This document shows positions 19,969-29,798 of a DNA stretch of 64,000 nucleotides, piece by piece. A model generated the notes under the pieces. The model had not been told where the DNA came from, searched no databases, and worked only from the letters and a program-made list of their open reading frames with translations. The position numbers and the translations under genes were made by a program. How positions within the stretch are numbered: position 1 is the stretch's first letter; every line of letters starts with the position of its first letter. The DNA is taken from positions 24,689-88,688 of the forward strand of contig JAAYVE010000022.1 of the NCBI GenBank assembly GCA_012517315.1. Reading direction: 5' to 3'. Source of the stretch: Deltaproteobacteria bacterium. Lineage in GTDB: Bacteria; Desulfobacterota; Syntrophobacteria; Syntrophobacterales; Syntrophobacteraceae.

Positions 19969-20448
19969 GCCCTGTTCCGGTTTGCCCCCATCCGCTGTAT
20001 CTTTCTCCCCCTCTATTTCCGTTTGAATGTCACATGTGTCGGGACATTAGCCAATAGCGGCCAAAAAGAAAAGGGAGGAATCAGCCCCCCGCGGGGGAGC
20101 TTGCCTGGCCTGAGCAGGCGGATGGTCGGCGGCCCCGGAAATTGACTTGACATCACAATGGGGATTCAGTAGTGTTCCCATGGCCAAGAAAGGGCAGAGT
20201 CATTTGATTATATTGGAATTTCATGCTATATGCCGGTCTTGATCCAGGATTGTTACGATCGGGATCGGGCGTCCCGCGGCCCGCAGGCATTGGCGGCTCA
20301 ATCCCTGGTTGGCTTCCAAGTTTTCCATCAACCGCCTTCGAAGGGTGCAGTTTCAAAACGTCCCAGCTGTCTTTAGAGAAGGTGCCCGATCCCATTGGAA
20401 CAGGTGCAGCTGCTATCATCAATCAATCTGACGGAACAAGGTGGGTCT

Positions 20449-20694
20449 ATGGATGATATTCAGATCAAGGAACTGGTGGAAGTCATCGCTCGTTCACTGG
20501 CGGAGTATCCCGAAGAGGTCGAGGTGAGGGAAATCATCGGCCACCAGATTTCAGTGATCGAACTCAAGGCAGCGAAAGCAGACCTGGGCAAGATCATCGG
20601 AAAGGAGGGACGCAACGCCCATGCGCTGAGGACCATTGTCAACGCTGCAGCGACCAAGTTGCGCAAGCGGGCGGTTTTGGAGATCCTCGAGTGA
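20449..20694 (+). CDS. KH-domain RNA-binding protein (YlqC/UPF0109-like)
   Basis: 81 aa from ATG 20449, with [31 protein letters not shown] is the KH GxxG core. Confidence 0.8.
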   Translation: MDDIQIKELVEVIARSLAEYPEEVEVREIIGHQISVIELKAAKADLGKIIGKEGRNAHALRTIVNAAATKLRKRAVLEILE

Positions 20695-20762
20695 CCGATC
20701 ACCGTGGAACGGTTTCGGCAAAGGGATCTCCACCGTAGATCTCCCGACGGGAACGAGTTGGA

Positions 20763-21068
20763 ATGAGTGAATTGGAAAAGGGCTTGCGACAGCCCGTGCA
20801 TTCGTTGAAGGAGGAGCGCCCCCCGTGCTTCGGCAGGGCAAACCTCGTTTGTCCCAGGGACGATGCGGGACTCATGCAACCGCAACGGGAGTGCATGCCC
20901 TGTGTCCATTTGCGTGCCTGTCTTCAACAGGCGTTGCACGGGCAGGGACTCATTTCCAAGAGCCTCTCCCAAGAGGCGTTTGGGTCCAGGCTCGCCCACT
21001 TCATCCGACGATGGTCCGACCAGAAGCTTTCCCACTGCGCGGGATCCGGTAAGAGGTCCGCCGATTGA
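20763..21068 (+). CDS. Hypothetical protein (101 aa, Cys-containing)
   Basis: Only an ORF in the gap between the KH gene and the GT9 gene, on the same strand. Weak RBS and no recognisable motif. Confidence 0.3.
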   Translation: MSELEKGLRQPVHSLKEERPPCFGRANLVCPRDDAGLMQPQRECMPCVHLRACLQQALHGQGLISKSLSQEAFGSRLAHFIRRWSDQKLSHCAGSGKRSAD

Positions 21069-21095
21069 TCCGGGTCCTGCCCGGTCCACTGGCCC

Positions 21096-22190
21096 ATGCT
21101 CTCTGAGAATGCCATCCCGCAGAGTTTTCCCACTACATTTCAACCATTGCAAGGCGGCAGACTCGCCATTTTCCACCAGGGAGCCCTGGGAGATTTCCTT
21201 CTGACATGCCCCGTTTTTGAAGGGATTCACCTTGCCTTTCCCCAGGTCGTGATGGACTTCTGGACGCGGGAACCCCATGGAAAGCTCATCGCTTCAAGAC
21301 CTTACCTCGGCGGACTTCATATCCCGGACAGCACGGAACTGAGCCCTTTTTATCACGAGGAAGAATGGAGCCGCGCTCCTGTCCCCGCCGCGCTGCGGAG
21401 AGCCGACGGGGTGCTCCTCTTTGGCCAAGCCGGGGCAAGAAGGCTGGCAGAGCGGCTGGCCGTCCGGCTCGACCGACCCGTGCACTGGATCCAATCCTTT
21501 CCGGACTGCGGAACCCCGGTGCCCGTTACGGAATTCCTGGTTCAGCAGGTGAGGGATAGACTGGGCCCCATTCATGCAGCTCCGGTGGAGCTCTCCCTGG
21601 ATCCCGAGGAGTGCAGGAGAGCGAGGTCCTGGCTGGCTAAACGGTTGGATTCCATTGAACCGGGGCCTCTCTTCATTCATCCCGGCAGCGGCGGTGCCGC
21701 GAAGATCTGGCCCCTTGCCAGGTGGTGGGAGTTGCTCATTTGGATTCGAGAGGAGTTGAGGTTGCCCGTTGTCCTCACCCTGGGGCCTGCCGATGAAAAG
21801 CTTGAACGGTTCGCCTGCCAGGCGGAGAGTCTTGGGGTGTATGTAGCACAAGGACTCTCCCTGGGGGGCCTCAGCGCTCTTCTTTCCCAAGCCCGTTTTT
21901 TCGTGGGCGGTGATTCAGGGGTGAGCCACCTGGCAGGGGCACTGGCCGTTCCCAGTGTGGTCATCTTCGGGCCTTCGGACCCCCGGGTCTGGGCACCGCG
22001 GGGCCCTTCGGTGCGGGTTGTGGTGGAACGATGGACAGAGGGGGAGATTTTTCAATGGTCTCCCTTGGAAAGGGAGGTCACGAGGGGAACAGAACATGTC
22101 CGTTCCCTGGTGATGCAACACGTGGATGTGGATCGTCCCTGCGGTGAACCTCGATCAGAAAAGGGCCGCAGGGAGATGGAAGACGGTTGA
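21096..22190 (+). CDS. Glycosyltransferase family 9 (heptosyltransferase-like)
   Basis: HQGALGDFLLTCPVF, IHPGSGGAAKIWP, FVGGDSGVSHLAGALAVPSVVIFGPSDP. Confidence 0.8.
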   Translation: MLSENAIPQSFPTTFQPLQGGRLAIFHQGALGDFLLTCPVFEGIHLAFPQVVMDFWTREPHGKLIASRPYLGGLHIPDSTELSPFYHEEEWSRAPVPAALRRADGVLLFGQAGARRLAERLAVRLDRPVHWIQSFPDCGTPVPVTEFLVQQVRDRLGPIHAAPVELSLDPEECRRARSWLAKRLDSIEPGPLFIHPGSGGAAKIWPLARWWELLIWIREELRLPVVLTLGPADEKLERFACQAESLGVYVAQGLSLGGLSALLSQARFFVGGDSGVSHLAGALAVPSVVIFGPSDPRVWAPRGPSVRVVVERWTEGEIFQWSPLEREVTRGTEHVRSLVMQHVDVDRPCGEPRSEKGRREMEDG

Positions 22191-23012
22191 AGAGGAGGCT
22201 CCCACACCAAAAAGACTCTGGCGAAGGCGGGGGTTCTGGAGTAGATCGCTTCCCCGGCCTGAGAGAGCAATACGTCCTTCTTCGATGAGACAGGCCGTGT
22301 CCGCCATCTGCAGGATTCTGCGTACGTGCTGTCCCGCAATGAGGAGGGTGATGCCCGCTTCCTTCAAGGACTGAAACAGATCGGAAAAACGTCGGAACAC
22401 CTTGGGGCTGAGTTCCTGAAAGGGGTCATCCAACAGGATGAGGCGGGCTCCGCTCATCAAACCCCGGGCCAGGGTCACCATCCGCTGCTGCCCACCGCTG
22501 AGGATTCCCGCCCGCACGTCCCGTTTGGCTCGCAACTCGGGAAGAATGTGGAAGATCATTTCCAGCAGGGTGGGAATGGCCTTCCGATTCAAGTATGCGC
22601 CGATTTCCAGATTTTCCAGGACGCTCATCTCCGGAAAGACACGCATTCCCTCGGGGACATAAACCACCCCCCGTTCGACGATTTCCCACACGGGAAGGGA
22701 TTCAATCGGTGCCCCGTCGAACAGAATGCGGCCCGCCGAAGGCCGGAGCAAGCCTGCTACCGCCTTCAGGATGGTGGTTTTGCCGGCACCGTTGGGACCC
22801 ACCAGGGCGCCGATCTGCCGGGATACCACTTGCAGGGAGACGCCGTCCACCGCTTTCCGGGTGCCGAAGAAGACGGAAATATCCTCCAGCACAAGGAGAG
22901 GTACCGGGGGGCTCGCTTCTGCCACCTGTTCAACCTTCTTCGGTAGTCTCGGAATAGTCCGGCAGGGTTCCGTCGTGATGGCTGTGGAATGCCGGCTGGA
23001 AGGGACCCTCAT
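22155..23012 (-). CDS. ABC transporter ATP-binding protein (LivF-like), orphan
   Basis: Walker [10 protein letters not shown], signature LSGGQQRM, Walker B LILLDDP. The start overlaps the U32 stop (ATGA), but the first ~45 aa are atypical, so the true start may be internal. Confidence 0.85.
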   Translation of the reverse strand: MRVPSSRHSTAITTEPCRTIPRLPKKVEQVAEASPPVPLLVLEDISVFFGTRKAVDGVSLQVVSRQIGALVGPNGAGKTTILKAVAGLLRPSAGRILFDGAPIESLPVWEIVERGVVYVPEGMRVFPEMSVLENLEIGAYLNRKAIPTLLEMIFHILPELRAKRDVRAGILSGGQQRMVTLARGLMSGARLILLDDPFQELSPKVFRRFSDLFQSLKEAGITLLIAGQHVRRILQMADTACLIEEGRIALSGRGSDLLQNPRLRQSLFGVGASSSTVFHLPAALF

Positions 23013-24040
23013 GCATAAAGGCCCTTGATATTGCGGTGGAGTTCCCGAGTCTTTTCCATGCGGGCCCGGTCCCGGTCCGCTGCAATTTCATCCAGTTCCT
23101 CCTGTAAGGGCACTAGTTTGGGATCGTCCCAGCAAAGACCTCGCCGATGGGCATCGATGAGGGAGCGATAGATGGCGATCATCCGTGAAATGAGACGGAC
23201 AGCATATTCCCTCCCCTGGACCTTCAGGGTGTGCAGACCCAGGTCCATGTAATCCCAGAGTTCACCCCGTGTGATGACGAAAGCCACGTTGGGGTGGCGG
23301 CGGATGCGGTCGTTGATGGTTTCGATTTCCGAATCCCCATGGCCCCGCTGCTTGAGGACCTTGCGTCTCTGTTCATCGGTGAGGAGGCAGAATCGGAGGC
23401 AACTGCCGCTTCGGTCGGGCCAGCCTTCATACTCCACGATCTCGTTTCCGTCCTCGTCGGCATAAATGCGCTTGATGTACGAGTCGCTAATGAGTTCGTG
23501 GAAGAGGCAATTCCCCACTCCTACCACGCATCGGTTCCCGTGAACGAGCACCTCCGTCGCCAGACCTAAGGCGTCGCACTCGGACTTGAATCTCCTCAGC
23601 TTTTCAACCGTGTTGATTTCCGTGCTCGCCACGATCTGCCGTGCCCCGCAACCCTTGTATTCCGCCATTTGGCGCGGAGTCTGGATGTTGCAGCCGACGC
23701 TTGCATGGATGACCAGATCGGGAAAGTTGTCCCTCACCATTTGCATGATGGCAGCGGTCTTGACGATGACCCCTTCGGCCCCCCATGAGGCATACTTGGC
23801 GATCTTTCCCATGGCCACCATGGACTTCTCAGGCGGGATCTCGGCGTTGAGAGCAATCCGCACTTTGCCCCCGAAGGGTTTGGCGATTTCAATGGCTTCC
23901 CGGACCTGCGAGTCCTCCAGTTCCCAGGCACATTTCCTCCTGCTGAATCCCTTGGAGCCCACGTAGACGGCGTCGGCACCGCTCGAAAAGACGGCTTCCA
24001 CCATGGCCAGGCTGCCACCCGGAGCCAAGAGTTCGTTCAT
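23009..24040 (-). CDS. Peptidase U32 family protein
   Basis: [28 protein letters not shown]...FSRR is a typical U32 N-terminus. 343 aa. Confidence 0.8.
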   Translation of the reverse strand: MNELLAPGGSLAMVEAVFSSGADAVYVGSKGFSRRKCAWELEDSQVREAIEIAKPFGGKVRIALNAEIPPEKSMVAMGKIAKYASWGAEGVIVKTAAIMQMVRDNFPDLVIHASVGCNIQTPRQMAEYKGCGARQIVASTEINTVEKLRRFKSECDALGLATEVLVHGNRCVVGVGNCLFHELISDSYIKRIYADEDGNEIVEYEGWPDRSGSCLRFCLLTDEQRRKVLKQRGHGDSEIETINDRIRRHPNVAFVITRGELWDYMDLGLHTLKVQGREYAVRLISRMIAIYRSLIDAHRRGLCWDDPKLVPLQEELDEIAADRDRARMEKTRELHRNIKGLYA

Positions 24041-24315
24041 GGAGTCCTCCTTGTCTCAAGAACAGGTCGTGGATCCTTAAGGTCCACTTTGAGAGAATCA
24101 AACCGAGCCTCACTTTTTCAATTGTAAAAGAACTGGAAAAATCGACAACATGGAAATGAACTGCGGCGTAGGACCGCCCCAAAAACGCACAGAACCCTCC
24201 CTCGCAGACACCGGCGCCTTCAAGGGAGTGCCTGCCGCAGGGCATTCTTCAAAGCCGGTCGCAGCGTGCCGCGAAATCGGCTTTCACCACGAAGGGCTTG
24301 AGCCCGTTCACAGCA

Positions 24316-25167
24316 TCAAGGGGACAGAGCGGGCGACAGGACGAACCCCGTGCTTCCGAAAGCGAAGCGATCACCATATTCGGCGGCAAGCCTCGCGATG
24401 GGCTTCTGCCCTGTGCAGTGACTCGTTGCCAGAATCTTTAGCTGGTACTTGTTGAGTTGCCGGATCGTCTCCTCCAGTTGAACCTCGGGGGAGAACCCCA
24501 GGTGCGTTCCTCCCAGGATTGCAAAGATGCGATCCTCCCCCGTCTTCTGGATGACATGGTTCAAGATGTTGATGAGTCCTGCGTGGGCGCATCCCAGGAC
24601 GACGACCAGGCCCTGAGGGGTTTTGAGCACGAGGGAATAGTCGTCCAGGAAGGGGTCTGGTTCCCACCCACCATTGTTGCGCACCACGAACTTGGGATCT
24701 CCCGTCTCGAAGGGGGTCACCCGGGGGACCTCCCCAGTGACATAGATGCCCGGGGCCACCTCTGCAAAAGATTTCTCCCATTGGAAACGTGCTCCACGCG
24801 TGGTGAGATAGGCCTCGTGCCAGGGAATGCCGATGGAAACCAGCTTCTCCTCCTTCCCCATCATCATCCAGCGGAAACGCTCCCGCAGGACATCGGGGTG
24901 GGCAATGATTTCACAGGGGCCATGGAGACCGAGAAAGGCGAGCAAACCGCCTGTGTGATCAAAATGGCCGTGGCTGAGAAGCAGCCTGGAAACTTGGCGC
25001 AAATCCTTCTGGAGGCGCAATGAATTCTGCACGAGACTGAACCCCTGGCCTGTGTCAAAAAGAATTTTCGCCTCAGGGGTCTCCACGTAAGCGGAAAAAC
25101 CGTGTTCCCCCAGCAGACCGGGAGTCGTCACGGTATTCTCACACAGCACGGTAATTTTCCAGTCCAT
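24316..25167 (-). CDS. MBL-fold metallo-hydrolase
   Basis: LLLSHGHFDHTGGL and GCAHAG motifs. 283 aa. Confidence 0.8.
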   Translation of the reverse strand: MDWKITVLCENTVTTPGLLGEHGFSAYVETPEAKILFDTGQGFSLVQNSLRLQKDLRQVSRLLLSHGHFDHTGGLLAFLGLHGPCEIIAHPDVLRERFRWMMMGKEEKLVSIGIPWHEAYLTTRGARFQWEKSFAEVAPGIYVTGEVPRVTPFETGDPKFVVRNNGGWEPDPFLDDYSLVLKTPQGLVVVLGCAHAGLINILNHVIQKTGEDRIFAILGGTHLGFSPEVQLEETIRQLNKYQLKILATSHCTGQKPIARLAAEYGDRFAFGSTGFVLSPALSP

Positions 25168-25251
25168 CGAACCCTCCGTGTTTGCCCACCCTCCGAGCGC
25201 GGTGAAAACACATCAATTGATAGACACTGAAAAAACGCGATCCCTTCCTCG

Positions 25252-26889
25252 TCAGCGCAGTTTGCGGCGGAGCAGTTTGCCCGTGGGGGTGCGGGGCAGT
25301 TCGGCCACGTATTCGAAGACCCGCGGGAGCTTGTAGATGGCGATGTGTCCCTTGAGGAATTCGAGCATCTGCTCGGTGAACTTGTCGTCTCCGGTCTGAC
25401 CGGGTTTGAGGACGACGACGGCCTTGACGATCTGTCCCTTGTCCGGGTCGGGAATGCCCACAACACCTACGTCGGCCACCGCCGGGTGTTTGGCGATGGC
25501 TTCCTCCACCTCCGAGGGGCCGATGCGATAGCCGGAACTCTTGATCATGTCATCTTCCCTGGCCACGAAGAAGATGTTTCCGTCCTCGTTCATGAACACG
25601 GCGTCGCCCATCTGGTTCCAGCCGTTGACGACCCCCTTCTTCTGGGATTTGAGAAGTCGTTCGTCGTCCACGTAGGGTTTCCAGTAAAGGGTGCCAGACG
25701 GTCCCTTGAGAATCATGCTGCCCACGTCGCCGGATTTGCAGTCGTTGCCTGTGGGATCAACAACGCGAATGTTCACCCCTGGGAGTGCCTTCCCGATGGA
25801 GTTAGGAACGGGTTCCGGGTTCATGGTGTTTGATGTCACCAAGTGCAGCATTTCGGTCCCCCCAAGCCCTTCCCAGATGGGTTGCCCGGTGAGTTCCTGC
25901 CACCCTTGCAGTGTTTCGGCCCCAAGGGCGTCCCCGCCGGACGTGCAGAGGCGGATGGAGCTGAAATCGTACTTCTTGAAATCGGGGAACTTCATGAGGG
26001 CCCTGTAAGCCGTGGGCAGGCCCGTGAGAACCGTGATCTTGTGCTTTTGCACGAGGTCCATCATGTCGGGAGGGCTGAACTTGGGCAGGAGGGACATGGC
26101 GGCGCCCCCCTCGAAAGGAAGGAGTGTGAACGTCCCGAAGCCGGCGGCGAAGGAGACCGGTGCAGCGCCTCCCAAGATATCTCCAGGCTTCATTTTGTAA
26201 ACATATTTATTGACTACCCTGGCCTCGATGATGGCCGGTCGTACGAAGTGCACGCAGCCCTTGGGCATCCCGGTGGTGCCGGACGTGTACAGGATGATCC
26301 CGATGTCGTCTGCCTTGAGCATGGTGGCGTCCAGTTGGGGAGCCCCCTTCTCCATCATCTCCTCGTACGAAAGGTGCCCGGAACTCTTCACCTCGTCGGG
26401 GTTGCCACCGATGACGATCACCTTGGTGCCGTATTCGAAATGGGCCTTGGCGGTCTCCACGGGTCCCATGAGAGGAGCGTTGACGATGAAATACTTCATT
26501 TCGGCGTTGTTGACGACAAAGGCGACTTCCTCACTGGACCAGAGGGGAGAAGTGGGAATGGGAATGGCACCGATCTTCTCGATGGCAAAAATGACGACCA
26601 CTGCCTGGGGGGTGTTCACCAGACGAATGCCCACGCGATCCTGAGCTTCCACTCCGGCAGCCTTCAATGCGTTTCCAAACTTGTTCACCATCGTTTGGAC
26701 CTGGGCATAGGTGAAGGTCTTGTCGGCGAACTTGATGGCGATGTTGTCTCCCCGACCCTCCCGAACATGGCGGTCAATGAGATAATCGGCAATGTTCAAC
26801 TCCATGGGGGTGTCCGCGAATTCCTCCGGCACCAGATATTCAGGCCATGTGTCCTTGGGAGGTAAGTAATTCTCAGGTATCTTTGCCAT
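25252..26889 (-). CDS. AMP-dependent acyl-CoA synthetase/ligase (aromatic-acid-CoA-ligase-like)
   Basis: ILYTSGTTGMPKG, GYRIGPSEVE, PRTPTGKLLRR. Start at ATG 26889 (MAKIPEN) with AAGGAGGG RBS; ORF track start is 26925. Confidence 0.88.
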   Translation of the reverse strand: MAKIPENYLPPKDTWPEYLVPEEFADTPMELNIADYLIDRHVREGRGDNIAIKFADKTFTYAQVQTMVNKFGNALKAAGVEAQDRVGIRLVNTPQAVVVIFAIEKIGAIPIPTSPLWSSEEVAFVVNNAEMKYFIVNAPLMGPVETAKAHFEYGTKVIVIGGNPDEVKSSGHLSYEEMMEKGAPQLDATMLKADDIGIILYTSGTTGMPKGCVHFVRPAIIEARVVNKYVYKMKPGDILGGAAPVSFAAGFGTFTLLPFEGGAAMSLLPKFSPPDMMDLVQKHKITVLTGLPTAYRALMKFPDFKKYDFSSIRLCTSGGDALGAETLQGWQELTGQPIWEGLGGTEMLHLVTSNTMNPEPVPNSIGKALPGVNIRVVDPTGNDCKSGDVGSMILKGPSGTLYWKPYVDDERLLKSQKKGVVNGWNQMGDAVFMNEDGNIFFVAREDDMIKSSGYRIGPSEVEEAIAKHPAVADVGVVGIPDPDKGQIVKAVVVLKPGQTGDDKFTEQMLEFLKGHIAIYKLPRVFEYVAELPRTPTGKLLRRKLR

Positions 26890-27495
26890 CCTCGTACCCT
26901 CCTTGAGTTTGGGTGAACCAAACAAGTTGATCTGGAATCATTGCGTCCAATAAATCCATTGGCGACCGAAACCGGATGAAAAAGAAAACGTCGCACCGTG
27001 CTCGCTATCACCTCCTTTCCAGGACAAACCGGCATACGCTGCCAACCATTCGACCGTTTGCGCCGTGTGACCGGACCCGCCCCAGGACGCTACGGGGATG
27101 AAAGGCGACTGACATGGTCGCGGGAATTCACAGCCGACCGGGGGTCCAAGGGATGGGGAAACAGGATTTCAAGCGAACCGATCCGGCCACCGGGAATGCT
27201 CTTGGAGAATGCTACACTCCCCAGTCCGGCGATTCCTTGCCGGCAACCCGGATTTGGCCTCGCTCGGCTGGGGAAAAGCGCTCAACTGACTGATCACAGG
27301 TTGTTCACGGGTCTTACCCGGCGAATGTCATTCACAGACTTCGAAAACCACAGAAACGCGAACCGCTGGGAAGGTGAGGACAGGCCGATTGAGAAGCTCT
27401 CAATTCAACGGGAAAAACAGGATAAAACGTGTTCAAACGGAACGTTGGGATCTCTTCTTCTCGATCTAAAGCGCATGGATAACGATTGGATGCCC

Positions 27496-27786
27496 CTAGG
27501 CTTCTTCCACCAGTTTGAAGAACTCATCCACCGGAAGCATCCGGTATACTTCATAGTTGACCGTTCCGCGCTGGACGGTGTTCACCATGGATTTGACCCG
27601 GGCCTGTTCATCGGGAAACTCGCTGATGATCATGTACTCACCCCGCGCAACGATGTAATACTCTGCGAGGATCTTCCCCCCCACCGCCTCGACGCTTTTC
27701 CTTCCCATGGCGTATCGTTCGCGGGAGTTCTTGATGTCCTTGTTGCCTTCAGGGGTCTTCTTGAGAAAAGAAACATAAATCGCCAT
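27496..27786 (-). CDS. GYD domain-containing protein
   Basis: 96 aa. MAIYVSFLKKTPEG...ARGEYMIISEFPDE matches the GYD family pattern. Confidence 0.75.
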   Translation of the reverse strand: MAIYVSFLKKTPEGNKDIKNSRERYAMGRKSVEAVGGKILAEYYIVARGEYMIISEFPDEQARVKSMVNTVQRGTVNYEVYRMLPVDEFFKLVEEA

Positions 27787-28418
27787 CTTCTCCTCCTCTT
27801 GTGTGTTGAACCTCTTGGAGAACCACCCACACCCTGTCTGCCGAATGGAACACTAGTAAAGCCGCATGATGGGACATCCTATACGCAGAAGAGGCGATTG
27901 TCAAACGTCCCCATCATTTGAGACTCGTGGAAATGAAGGTTTTGAGAACACAAGTCTGCAAAAACCGAGTGGAACCTGAACGCAAACTTATGTATAGTTA
28001 TTATGGGCATACAGGAAAACATTAAACTTGACGGTTGTGCTCGGAAACAATAGGAGTCCCGATGGAAGAAGCCTTGCCGAAGCTCTCCGTTCATGCGTCT
28101 GATATTGTTCTCCGCTCTGCATCCCGGGGGACTCACCAGACACACAGGGACGGGGGGATTTCCAAACGCCGGGTTCCCTTGTGTCAGTTGCGATTCAGTT
28201 CTTGAAACGGCACCTCTCAAAAGGTCTTCCGCCAAGTCGTTGTTCGGTTTTTCCGCCAAGTCCGCTCCCGCTCTATTTCCCGCCACCACCAGCAGATGCG
28301 CTGTTCCGCCCCCATTGAACATGATGCTCCATCCTCGCATTGCATTCATCCCAGGCCCTTGGGGACGAATGCCGTTCCGGCCGTTTCCGAGGAGGAGGGC
28401 CTTTGAAGGGAGGTGTGG

Positions 28419-28706
28419 ATGGGCAGACTCAAGGAACTGGAAAACCGTTTTTTCATCGATCTATGTGCCTGCAGGGTCTACTGCAGATCTTGCCGGAAGC
28501 CCTGCAAAGCTCTGGAGCTCCCTCAATTCATCCAGTTCTGGTGTGCCACCCGCGGGTGTGAAAACGCCGGGGATGTCAAGCTCTTCAGGGATGGGACTTG
28601 GCAGATATTCGGTTTTGAAGAGACGTTCTACGATAACCGTCTGAGCAGGATCGTGCCAAAGGTTCTCCAAAGCATTGTCACTGGGCGGCGCTTCACCTGC
28701 GGCTGA
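28419..28706 (+). CDS. Small Cys-rich protein (95 aa), hypothetical
   Basis: ATG 28419 preceded by GAAGGGAGG RBS. Eight Cys, seven of them within 35 residues (LCACRVYCRSCRKPC...WCATRGC). No family recognised. Confidence 0.55.
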   Translation: MGRLKELENRFFIDLCACRVYCRSCRKPCKALELPQFIQFWCATRGCENAGDVKLFRDGTWQIFGFEETFYDNRLSRIVPKVLQSIVTGRRFTCG

Positions 28707-28771
28707 GGATTCCCCGGCAGCCTTGCGGAGTGGAAGGGGGCGAGAGGGACCGAACTCTCGAACCCACAAGG

Positions 28772-29503
28772 TCAGAAAAGGCTCCAGCGGGCGCCTGCCG
28801 GGTTGATGACCACCATGTCGCCGCTTGCGCTCACCCTGCCGGGTCGGTCTTTCGCGATCATGGCCATGAGTCCGGGGATCAGGCGGTCAGCGGCTTTTTC
28901 CCTGGCCTCGGGTTGAAGGGGGCTCAGTTGCTCGAGGGCGACGCACAGATATTCCCCGATGCGGAGATCCAGCGACGAGGAGCTGTGGTATCCGTCGGCC
29001 GAAAAGGAAGAATGGGCGAAATTCCCGGATCCTGTGAGCATATGGGGCAGAAATCCGTCACCGGATGAAAAGCGGACGAGGACCGGAACTCCCTCCCGGG
29101 TGAGAACGGCGAGGAGGAGGTCTGTCGGGATGCTCCTGGGATCCGGCACATTCTCTCCCCTGGGGTGCTCCCGTTCCTCCAGGCGGCAAAGGATCAGCCC
29201 ATGGGCCTCCACGAAGGCTTCCCGCAACTGCACCGCTTTTTGGACTTCCCCAAGGGTGAGTTTCTGTCTTCTGTGACTGACGGCAAAGAAATCCTTCACC
29301 GCTTCGGCTGCGACAAGATGGAACCCCGAAATCCCGATACCCGTCACCCAGCAGGATTCGCTGATGTGGTGCAGCTTTCTCGCATCCTCCAGGAGGATGG
29401 GTTTTGAGAGAGCCCCGCCACCTTCCGTGTTCCATATGCGCCGCAGGCTGTCCGCCGCAAGGATGATCTGTTGCGGCAAAGCCAAAGCCAGGTAGCAGCT
29501 CAT
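28772..29503 (-). CDS. Putative Ntn-hydrolase, proteasome-beta/HslV/Anbu-like (hypothetical)
   Basis: Start placed at ATG 29503. The N-terminus MSCYLALALPQQIILAADSLR follows the [T/S/C]xxxA...vvlAaDsR pattern of proteasome-type Ntn peptidases, and is followed by KLHHISESCWVTGIGISG. Fold assignment is inference. Confidence 0.5.
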   Translation of the reverse strand: MSCYLALALPQQIILAADSLRRIWNTEGGGALSKPILLEDARKLHHISESCWVTGIGISGFHLVAAEAVKDFFAVSHRRQKLTLGEVQKAVQLREAFVEAHGLILCRLEEREHPRGENVPDPRSIPTDLLLAVLTREGVPVLVRFSSGDGFLPHMLTGSGNFAHSSFSADGYHSSSSLDLRIGEYLCVALEQLSPLQPEAREKAADRLIPGLMAMIAKDRPGRVSASGDMVVINPAGARWSLF

Positions 29504-29543
29504 GGTTTCACCCTGTCGGCCCGGTATGGGGTCGGTGATTTCG

Positions 29544-29572
29544 TTGACCTGCTGAAATGAATCTTGTAATAT
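29544..29572 (+). promoter_or_regulatory. Sigma70-like promoter candidate facing the amidoligase gene
   Basis: TTGACC (29544-29549), 17-nt spacer, TAATAT (29567-29572), within the 295-bp divergent intergenic region. It would give a ~220-nt leader. Confidence 0.35.
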
Positions 29573-29798
29573 AAACAATGAAAAAGAAAACAATCCCCAT
29601 CGAACGGAATCCTGCGATCCCCTTCAACCGGTGCACGAAGCGCCAATGTCTCGTGCTGCAACTGAAGCCCCCGCTCTGCTGGCAGATGGAAACATCCCGC
29701 TTTTTACTCTCCCATCGGTTTTGCCTGTCGGATCTACGGCCGCGGATTCCAGGGTGCGGCCCCGGTGTGGACCTTATGAGAGACTGGGAGTTCCGGCG

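Noticed and set aside
26998-27921. 307-aa plus-strand ORF spanning the intergenic region and the GYD gene
   Set aside because: It is antisense to a well-supported GYD-domain CDS. Its composition is Arg/Pro/Gly-rich and not protein-like, and it has no RBS. This is a typical shadow ORF in GC-rich DNA.
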